Below are positions 1 through 9,048 of a stretch of DNA of 26,357 bases, one piece after another. Both the position numbers and the translations under genes were made by a program. The notes under the pieces are model-generated. The model saw nothing but the letters and a program-made list of their open reading frames with translations. It was not told where the DNA came from and ran no database searches. Every line of letters starts with the position of its first letter. Positions within the stretch are counted from its first letter, which is position 1. Source of the stretch: Minisyncoccia bacterium (GTDB lineage Bacteria; Patescibacteriota; Minisyncoccia; Moranbacterales; GWC2-37-73); the NCBI GenBank assembly GCA_041494985.1, contig JBGQBV010000001.1, positions 1 to 26,357 on the forward strand, given 5' to 3'.

Positions 1-7
1 AAAACAT

Positions 8-499
8 ATGAGCAAAGGCATAAAAATAACTCTCGGCGTCCTGATTTCCTTGGCGGTTGTCAGCGGGATTTTTTTGCTCACTTCCAAAAAGAAAGCGTCG
101 CCGACAGCACAAACAAACAAGACTGTTGCCACGACAGCCAAAACCGCTCCGAAAAACAATCCGCAGCCGGTCAAAAAAGCTCCAGCGCCGAAAACGGATC
201 CTGCCGCCGCCAAGGCGGCTGTCTCCAACCAATGGCAGCAATGCAAAAGCAAGACGTTGGCGGCCAGCCAGACATTGTTTTGGAACGTGCAGATTTCCGA
301 AAGCATCCCTGCTGGCGGGACATATGCCAAAGGAACTTTGGACAACAATAGCGCGCAGCCGGTGCATGTGATCATAAAGTCCGGCATCGCAAACGCCGAC
401 CAACTCAAGCAGCGGCTGGTGGTCGGGAAAACAGTCATCTTGAGAGGAACTTGCACTGATGTGGCCACGGACGGCTCAGCCGTTCTCCAGGCATTTTAG
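8..499 (+). CDS. Membrane-anchored hypothetical protein: N-terminal TM helix, Thr/Lys/Pro/Ala-rich linker, C-terminal beta-rich (possibly OB-fold-like) domain
   Basis: 163 aa ORF; hydrophobic ITLGVLISLAVVSGIFLL after basic residues; low-complexity linker; alternating beta pattern at the C-terminus (VGKTVILRGTC). Confidence 0.75.
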   Translation: MSKGIKITLGVLISLAVVSGIFLLTSKKKASPTAQTNKTVATTAKTAPKNNPQPVKKAPAPKTDPAAAKAAVSNQWQQCKSKTLAASQTLFWNVQISESIPAGGTYAKGTLDNNSAQPVHVIIKSGIANADQLKQRLVVGKTVILRGTCTDVATDGSAVLQAF

Positions 500-524
500 C
501 TTTCTAATAAAGCAAAATCTTTCT

Positions 525-553
525 TTGACGGGGGTGGTTTTTTGGTGTAGAAT
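525..553 (+). promoter_or_regulatory. Sigma70-type promoter for secA
   Basis: TTGACG (525-530), 17-nt spacer, TAGAAT (548-553), 45 nt upstream of the secA ATG. Confidence 0.7.
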
Positions 554-598
554 AAGCGGGTAATTGATGTTAAGAATGTAAGCGGAAATTTACAAATT

Positions 599-3271
<2,673 letters not shown>

Positions 3272-3296
3272 AAAAGTAAAACAAAAAAAGAAAATA

Positions 3297-3767
3297 ATGA
3301 GCTATATCTCTTTTGAAAAATCTGTCGGGGGAGTCGTATATCGGAAACAAGATGGCAAAATCTTGTTTCTGCTTTTGCAATATCGCAGCGGCCAGTGGGA
3401 TTTTCCCAAAGGCCACGTGGAAGAAAGTGAAAGTGAAGAACAGACACTGAAGCGCGAGGTGCGCGAGGAAACCGGCATTGACGACCTTGCGGTTCTGTCG
3501 GGCTTCAGCATTCCGGTGCGCTATTTCTATTCCGCCCGAGGCAATGAAAAGCAGGAGCGGGAAAGTCTTGGCAAGGGAACCTATATATTCAAAAAAGTCG
3601 TCTATTTCGCGGCCGAGACCCCAGTCAGCGAAGTGCGCATCGATTTTGAAAACCAGGACCATGCCTGGCTGGAATTTGCGGAAGCCTATCAGCGCATAAC
3701 CAATGCTGGTTCGAAAAAAGTCCTCAAGGCGGCGCAAAAAGCGATTTCTTCGGGAAATAACAAATAG
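3297..3767 (+). CDS. Nudix hydrolase, probably Ap4A (bis(5'-nucleosyl)-tetraphosphatase)-like
   Basis: Nudix box WDFPKGHVEESESEEQTLKREVREETG; start moved from the track's 3132 to ATG 3297, after the secA stop (156 aa). Confidence 0.9.
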   Translation: MSYISFEKSVGGVVYRKQDGKILFLLLQYRSGQWDFPKGHVEESESEEQTLKREVREETGIDDLAVLSGFSIPVRYFYSARGNEKQERESLGKGTYIFKKVVYFAAETPVSEVRIDFENQDHAWLEFAEAYQRITNAGSKKVLKAAQKAISSGNNK

Positions 3768-3810
3768 ACATTTCTTGTATTATCCTGTGTAAGGATTAAT
3801 ACGGAAATCT

Positions 3811-4038
3811 ATGACATACACCGGCTCAGAATATTCATTGGAAGCGCTTTTCTGCCAGCTCAAACAGCAGGTGAGGGATGAAAATGTCGAAAGCTACGAC
3901 CAGTACACGGAACTTGTCGATGCGTTGATCGAGGAAAAGAAAAGCTACGGTTTCCTGGCTGACGAAGAAGACCTGGAGCAGATCAAACAGGCCTTGAAGC
4001 TCCGCTGGAGCGAAATTGAACAACAAATGGTGCATTAA
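3811..4038 (+). CDS. Small acidic helical hypothetical protein
   Basis: 75 aa ORF with AT-rich upstream region, host-like codon usage and a downstream terminator. Confidence 0.75.
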   Translation: MTYTGSEYSLEALFCQLKQQVRDENVESYDQYTELVDALIEEKKSYGFLADEEDLEQIKQALKLRWSEIEQQMVH

Positions 4039-4061
4039 GGATATAAAAACTGTCCCATGTG

Positions 4062-4083
4062 AAACAGTTGCGAGCTGTTTTTT
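4062..4083 (+). terminator. Intrinsic terminator
   Basis: AAACAGTT-GCG-AGCTGTTT stem (one G-U pair) running into a T tract. Confidence 0.55.
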
Positions 4084-4091
4084 GCTGAATA

Positions 4092-4120
4092 TTGCCTAAA
4101 TATAAGCCTTAGCATATAAT
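4092..4120 (+). promoter_or_regulatory. Sigma70-type promoter for the secD-secF operon
   Basis: TTGCCT (4092-4097), 17-nt spacer, TATAAT (4115-4120). Confidence 0.75.
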
Positions 4121-4127
4121 ACAAAAC

Positions 4128-4157
4128 ATGAATCCAGCACTAAAATTCAAGGAATAG
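4128..4157 (+). CDS. Putative leaderless uORF MNPALKFKE
   Basis: ATG 7 nt after the -10 box, i.e. at the expected TSS; 9 codons plus TAG; overlaps the left arm of the leader stem. Very short, so it could be chance. Confidence 0.3.
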   Translation: MNPALKFKE

Positions 4158-4255
4158 TATTTGCTGGTGACGTATTGAACTGTAAGAATAAAACTAAGCA
4201 CAATAATTTAAAAAACTCTCTTGGCCAAAGGCCACTTGAATTTTTAGTGCGGGAT
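4132..4255. repeat. Inverted-repeat element (CCAGCACTAA family, copy 1) spanning the secD 5' leader
   Basis: Left arm ATCCAGCACTAAAATTCAAG (4132-4151) pairs with right arm CTTGAATTTTTAGTGCGGGAT (4235-4255) with 1 mismatch and 1 bulge; internal TGGCC-AAA-GGCCA hairpin (4222-4234). Confidence 0.75.
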
Positions 4256-5624
4256 GAATATCAAGCAGAAATTACAACTGAAATTCGCCGGCATCGTGGT
4301 TTTGGCCGTGTTTGTGGGCCTGGTTTCCTATCCGCAGGCGGTCAGCAAAGTCACGCCGGTGTATAACTTATTAAATAAAACCAAGATAAAATTGGGACTG
4401 GACCTGCAAGGCGGAATCCATCTGGAATATAAGGCCGACGTTTCCCAGCTCGACCCATCCAAAATCACCGATGCCATGCAGGGCGCGCAGGACGTGATCG
4501 AACGCCGCGTGAACGCGTTCGGTGTCAGCGAGCCTTTGGTCTACACGACCAAGAGCGGCAGCGAATACCGCGTAAATGTGGATTTGCCAGGCGTAAAAGA
4601 CATCGAACAAGCCAAGCAGCAGATCAAGGAAACGCCGCTTTTGGAATTCAAGGAAGAGGGAATCGATCCGCAGGCGCAGCAGTTCCTGGATTCTTTGGAC
4701 GCGCAGACCAGGCAGACAGTCGAGAATTATCCGCAGTTCAAATACAAATCAACCGGGTTGACCGGAAGGAATCTCAAGAACGCGTCGGTCACTTTCCAGA
4801 GCCAAGGATTGGGCGAGCCGCAGATTTCACTGCAGTTCGACAGCGAGGGCACGAAGCTTTTTGCGGACCTGACCAAGAAAAACTTGGGAAAAACGATCGG
4901 AATATTCCTGGATGGAAATCTTATAGAGGCGCCGACCGTGCAAGCGGAAATCACGAACGGGGAAGCGGTGATCACCGGAAGCTTCACCTTGCAGGCAGCT
5001 AAGGACCTGGTGCAAAAACTCAACACCGGAGCGCTTCCTGTGCCGCTTTCATTGGTCAGTCAGCAAAGTGTCGAAGCGACGCTCGGCGCCGATTCATTGC
5101 GCAAGATTCTTGTTGCAGGAATCATCGCTGGTGTGGCCGTCGTTGTCTTCATGCTTCTGTTCTATCGGTTTCTCGGCTTGGTGGCATCGCTGGCTCTGCT
5201 GATCTATACCGGACTTATGATCACCATTTTCAAATTTTTCGGAATAACCCTGACGCTTCCCGGCATTGCCGGTTTCGTGCTGTCGATCGGTATGGCGGTG
5301 GACGCAAACATTTTGATTTTCGAGCGCACCAAGGAAGAAATCCGTCACGGCCGGACCATTGCGAACTCGCTGGACGAAGGCTTCAAGCGCGCCTGGACAT
5401 CGATCCGCGACGGCAACATCTCCTCGCTGCTGACCGCTGGCATCCTCTATCTGATGGGGACGGGCTTCGTGAAAAGTTTTGCCGCTTCGCTGTTCATCGG
5501 CGTCGTGGTGTCCATGTTCACGGCGGTGATGATCACGCGCACGATGCTGAAATTCATCATCAGCGACTGGATCCATGGCCGGGTCTGGATGGTAGGCGTG
5601 AGGAAAAAAGACATCAAACAATAA
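4254..5624 (+). CDS. secD: Protein translocase subunit SecD
   Basis: LGLDLQGG, IERRVNAFGVSEP, periplasmic domain, GMAVDANILIFER, six TM segments. Confidence 0.98.
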   Translation: MNIKQKLQLKFAGIVVLAVFVGLVSYPQAVSKVTPVYNLLNKTKIKLGLDLQGGIHLEYKADVSQLDPSKITDAMQGAQDVIERRVNAFGVSEPLVYTTKSGSEYRVNVDLPGVKDIEQAKQQIKETPLLEFKEEGIDPQAQQFLDSLDAQTRQTVENYPQFKYKSTGLTGRNLKNASVTFQSQGLGEPQISLQFDSEGTKLFADLTKKNLGKTIGIFLDGNLIEAPTVQAEITNGEAVITGSFTLQAAKDLVQKLNTGALPVPLSLVSQQSVEATLGADSLRKILVAGIIAGVAVVVFMLLFYRFLGLVASLALLIYTGLMITIFKFFGITLTLPGIAGFVLSIGMAVDANILIFERTKEEIRHGRTIANSLDEGFKRAWTSIRDGNISSLLTAGILYLMGTGFVKSFAASLFIGVVVSMFTAVMITRTMLKFIISDWIHGRVWMVGVRKKDIKQ

Positions 5625-5650
5625 ACAATTTTAAATTTAAAATTACTGTA

Positions 5651-6553
5651 ATGTTAGATATCATTTCCAAAACCAAATACGCCTACATCTTTTCCGGAAC
5701 GCTGACAATTCTCAGCATCGTCAGTCTTTTTGTTTGGGGTTTGAAATATGACATCGATTTCACGGGAGGCACCCGCATGGGCGTGAAATTCGCCGATCAA
5801 GTGCCGGCCAAGGACGAAATTGCGAATGTTCTCAAAAATCTGAATCTAGGAAGTCTGACAATCCAGAATTCGGAAAATAAGACGGTTTTCGTCCGCTATG
5901 CTTCCGAGGAGGATCAGACCAATGAGGCGGTCTGGAAAACGCTGAGCTCCAAATATGCCGATGCGACCCAGGTCAGTGTTGATTTCACCAACTCGTCGGT
6001 TTCCGGCGAGCTTAAATCGAAATCGCTCAACGCGATAGGCATAGCGGTCCTCGCGATCATGGCCTATGTCGCCTGGGCGTTCCGCAAAGTTTCGCGGCCG
6101 GTGGAGTCTTGGAAATACGGTGCCGGCGCGGTCATCGCGCTCATCCATGACGTGCTCATCACCGCCGGCATCTTTTCGGTGCTGGGACATTTCTATGGCA
6201 TCGAAGTCGGCATCCCTTTCATCGCGGCCTTGCTGACGATTTTGGGCTTTTCAGTGCACGACACGATCGTGGTCTATGACCGGACGCGGGAAAACCTGCT
6301 CAAAAGCGGGCGGGGCGCCCAATTTCCCGACGTGGTCAATCGGAGCCTCAATGAAACTTTGGTGCGCTCGATCAACACGTCGCTGACCGTGATCATCACC
6401 CTGTTGGCCATCTATCTCTTCGGCGGCGCATCCATCAAATATTTCGCGCTGGCCCTGCTGGTCGGCGTCACTTTCGGAACATATTCTTCCATCTTCGTCG
6501 CCTCGGCGCTGCTGGTGACGAGCTATGAGCTCACCATAAGAAATAAGAAATAA
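5651..6553 (+). CDS. secF: Protein translocase subunit SecF
   Basis: IDFTGG, GFSVHDTIVVYDRTRE, RSINTSLT, GTYSSIFVAS; follows secD. Confidence 0.98.
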   Translation: MLDIISKTKYAYIFSGTLTILSIVSLFVWGLKYDIDFTGGTRMGVKFADQVPAKDEIANVLKNLNLGSLTIQNSENKTVFVRYASEEDQTNEAVWKTLSSKYADATQVSVDFTNSSVSGELKSKSLNAIGIAVLAIMAYVAWAFRKVSRPVESWKYGAGAVIALIHDVLITAGIFSVLGHFYGIEVGIPFIAALLTILGFSVHDTIVVYDRTRENLLKSGRGAQFPDVVNRSLNETLVRSINTSLTVIITLLAIYLFGGASIKYFALALLVGVTFGTYSSIFVASALLVTSYELTIRNKK

Positions 6554-6561
6554 TCAAACCT

Positions 6562-6825
6562 ATGTTCAATATATTCAAAAAGAAAAACAAGACGGGCAAC
6601 CCGATGGATCCTCAGAACATGGGCTTCCTGCAGAAGATGGCCATGAAGCGGCTGGAAAAAATGAGCCCGGAAGAAAGAAACAAGCTGATGAAAAAAGTGA
6701 TGACGCCGGATAACATTAAGAAAAACAAGGAAGACATTCTGAAGACCTTGGAACAGATGAAAAAAACCGGGCAGATGAACGACCATCAGATCTTCGAGGC
6801 CAAGAAGCGACTGGGATTGCTCTAG
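6562..6825 (+). CDS. Small Met/Lys-rich helical hypothetical protein, co-transcribed with secDF
   Basis: 87 aa, starts 8 nt after the secF stop and ends just before the terminator; 10 Met residues. Confidence 0.8.
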   Translation: MFNIFKKKNKTGNPMDPQNMGFLQKMAMKRLEKMSPEERNKLMKKVMTPDNIKKNKEDILKTLEQMKKTGQMNDHQIFEAKKRLGLL

Positions 6826-6844
6826 GATATTTTTACGCAAATTT

Positions 6845-6884
6845 AAAAGCCCCGACACATGTTGTGTGTCGGGGCTTTGCTTTT
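6845..6884. terminator. Bidirectional intrinsic terminator between convergent genes
   Basis: Perfect 14-bp stem AAAGCCCCGACACA-TGTTG-TGTGTCGGGGCTTT (6846-6878) with A/T tracts on both sides. Confidence 0.85.
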
Positions 6885-6891
6885 GGACAGT

Positions 6892-7518
6892 TTATTTTTT
6901 CTTGTCCGTCTTGATTGCCTCGTTTTTTCTGGCCTTGTCTTTATAGAGCAGGCCATCCGCAACCGCGAATTCTCTCTCGAAATCACTGCTATAGGAATAG
7001 CGTTTGTGTCCGACCGAGATCGAGAGGGGAATCAGTTTCTTGCCCAGCTCCAGAGGATTTTCCGCAACGACTTTCTTGAGCCGCTTGGTCATGGCTTTCA
7101 GGTCGAAGTCGCTGGGTTTTTTCTTCATGACCATCAGCGCCAGGAATTCGTCGCCGCTTTTCCTGATGAAATAGTCGGAGGCGCGCAGCACCTTTTTCAT
7201 GGAATCCACGACCCGCCTCAGGGCGTTGTCACCAGCCTCGTGCCCGTAGTCGGTGTTGATTTTTCTGAGGCCGTCCAGATCAAAATAGAATATGATCAGA
7301 TAATTGGACACTCTTTCCGCCTGGTGCACGATCTGCCGGATCCTTTCCACTGTCAGTTTATTATAATTGGGGAGGCCCGTCAGATGGTCTACAGCCGCCT
7401 GATTCAGCTGATCTTTTAATACGGATATCAGCTTGTCCTGCGCCTTGAGATCCTGCAACATTTTTTTGTTGGCTTCTTTTAATCTCTGGGCTGCTGTTAA
7501 TCCTGTTGTTTTAGGCAT
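6892..7518 (-). CDS. GGDEF-domain protein (diguanylate cyclase-like) with N-terminal coiled coil
   Basis: DHLTGLPN, FDLDGLRKINTDYGHEAGD, RASD I-site, SGDEF signature, SISVG, ADGLLYKDK; strong SD AAGGAGG. Confidence 0.92.
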   Translation of the reverse strand: MPKTTGLTAAQRLKEANKKMLQDLKAQDKLISVLKDQLNQAAVDHLTGLPNYNKLTVERIRQIVHQAERVSNYLIIFYFDLDGLRKINTDYGHEAGDNALRRVVDSMKKVLRASDYFIRKSGDEFLALMVMKKKPSDFDLKAMTKRLKKVVAENPLELGKKLIPLSISVGHKRYSYSSDFEREFAVADGLLYKDKARKNEAIKTDKKK

Positions 7519-7548
7519 GGTTGCCCTCCTTTTTTAAGTAACGATATT

Positions 7549-7568
7549 TTATGTATCAATATACATAA
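7549..7568. promoter_or_regulatory. Perfect palindrome at the predicted TSS of the GGDEF gene (candidate operator or 5' hairpin)
   Basis: TTATGTAT-CAAT-ATACATAA. Confidence 0.4.
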
Positions 7569-7574
7569 CGAATA

Positions 7575-7603
7575 AATATATACCGAAACAACTTATTTGT
7601 CAA
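7575..7603 (-). promoter_or_regulatory. Sigma70-type promoter for the GGDEF gene
   Basis: Minus strand TTGACA (7603-7598), 17-nt spacer, TATATT (7580-7575). Confidence 0.65.
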
Positions 7604-7653
7604 GTCATATATAATACGGATTTATTTTATTGATTCTTTCTTTTTTGAGAATG

Positions 7654-7686
7654 AAAAAACCGGAAGCTGCATTTGCAACTCCCGGT
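7654..7686 (-). terminator. Intrinsic terminator of the 7704-8585 gene
   Basis: Minus strand ACCGGGAGTTGC...GCAGCTTCCGGT followed by TTTTTT; the G-U pairs work only on the minus strand. Confidence 0.8.
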
Positions 7687-7703
7687 CGGTTGTTTTCGTC
7701 GAG

Positions 7704-8585
7704 TTAACGACGATAATCGGGCATTACGCCTCCCTTGATATAGGAAGGATCAATGCCGATCAAGGCCAGATGGGCGCACTGTCTTTCGAACTTTGTGCCC
7801 AGCTTCTTAAAATGCTCGACATAGCGTTCCGGCTGTTTTGTGGGGTCTGGCACTACATATGACTGGACTCCTTCACCGCTCGGCATAACCGGAGCGATGC
7901 AGGCGCCGAACGTCTGAACCATTCTGGCTAACGGAATCACTTCTTCCACTCCGGCCAGGTGGTAATAAACCTCACCCATTTTTGCGCTCCAGCCCTTCAT
8001 ATAGAAGGCTGTGCGGTCGTCCAGCGGCTTGGCAGCCCTGAGGTCGAATCCGCCGATGGTCATCAGGGATTCGTTGTGCCACATGGCGAACGTGTTCGCA
8101 ATGCGGCCAGCCATGATCGAGTCCGTGAGCTCATTGATTGCAACCCCGATGGCTTTGGCGCCGCCGCAGGCCGCATCGATCATGCTCGTCATCGTTTCCG
8201 GCGTCATATAGCTGAATGCCTCGGCCGAAGCGATGATGGAATAGTCCACGCCCTTACGGAGCTGGTGGACGACACCATAGTTGAGGATGCCGCAGAAGAT
8301 GTCGGCGTGTTCCACTTCGGAAACGAACACGTTCTTTTCTTCCTTGAGCGCTTCGCGGATAGCCGGGGCGGTTTTGCCGCAGTCGCTATCCTTATAGTTC
8401 TTGTCTGCCCAGACCAGGACGTCGATCCGGCGGACGACTTGGATGCCGTCGACCGTCATGCGACGCGTGGCCTGAATGGCTTTCTGGATCATCTCGATCC
8501 TGTTTTGGATGTCGCTCTCTTTGGATGCGTACACCCGCAGGACCAATCCGACAACCTTCTCAGACAAAAATGCTTTCCTATCCAT
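7704..8585 (-). CDS. Hypothetical protein with divergent GT-A (family 2-like) glycosyltransferase fold
   Basis: 293 aa from ATG 8585 (SD GGAG); pattern GILNYG...KGVDYSIIASAEA...ANTFAMWHNESLMTIGGFD...VEEVIPLARM parallels GT2 (xxNxG...GDYxxFLDxD...xxGGFD...EDxDLxxR). The ORF is solid; the fold call is tentative. Confidence 0.6.
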   Translation of the reverse strand: MDRKAFLSEKVVGLVLRVYASKESDIQNRIEMIQKAIQATRRMTVDGIQVVRRIDVLVWADKNYKDSDCGKTAPAIREALKEEKNVFVSEVEHADIFCGILNYGVVHQLRKGVDYSIIASAEAFSYMTPETMTSMIDAACGGAKAIGVAINELTDSIMAGRIANTFAMWHNESLMTIGGFDLRAAKPLDDRTAFYMKGWSAKMGEVYYHLAGVEEVIPLARMVQTFGACIAPVMPSGEGVQSYVVPDPTKQPERYVEHFKKLGTKFERQCAHLALIGIDPSYIKGGVMPDYRR

Positions 8586-8785
8586 GTGTTTTCTCCATTG
8601 GTAGACCCATGAGACGCTAAGCCTCAGGGCATCCGGAAAAAGGTTAACTGCAATCCATTGCTTTACCAATCGATCCATAAGACCGATCAGCTAGACAACA
8701 GCACCCGACATCACCAATGTTCGTACTCATTTGTCAAAAAACTGCGCCAAGGTGATCGCTTTTAGAGCTTTCATCTTAACCAACT

Positions 8786-8813
8786 ATTATACGCCTTTTT
8801 GACAAAAAGTCAA
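8786..8813 (-). promoter_or_regulatory. Sigma70-type promoter for the GT-A-like gene (about 190-nt leader)
   Basis: Minus strand TTGACT (8813-8808), 16-nt spacer, TATAAT (8791-8786). Confidence 0.75.
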
Positions 8814-8929
8814 TAGTCGCGAGTTCATAGTTTATTTTTGCCTGAAACAAGCCATAAAATTGTGTTTATTTATAAAAGATTTATTGGTTGATGAAATTGG
8901 GCTCAATGGTTGTGGGTTGGCCGTCAGTC

Positions 8930-8958
8930 TTGACTTTTTTCGTGGAGTATGCTAAGAT
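8930..8958 (+). promoter_or_regulatory. Sigma70-type promoter with extended -10 for the Gfo/Idh/MocA gene
   Basis: TTGACT (8930-8935), 17-nt spacer, TGcTAAGAT (8950-8958). Confidence 0.75.
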
Positions 8959-9048
8959 ATCGGGTCGTCAGAATGGTCTGGCGGACTAGACAATAATATT
9001 GCCTAGTTGTATCTTTAAAAAATAATAAAATCTAAAGGAGGAGTTGCT

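Noticed and set aside
8-598. Upstream ORF as a SecM-like arrest peptide regulating secA
   Set aside because: The C-terminus (GSAVLQAF) has no RAPP/RAGP-like motif, and secA has its own promoter in the 99-nt gap
8586-8678. Track start at 8678 for the GT-A-like ORF
   Set aside because: The SD (GGAG) precedes ATG 8585; the extra 31 codons lie in the structured leader
8961-9048. Possible riboswitch (e.g. ZTP) in the dehydrogenase leader
   Set aside because: GGGTCGT...CTGGCG gives only a superficial resemblance; the remaining conserved elements and pseudoknot are missing. Only a weak ACTAG/CTAGT palindrome is present
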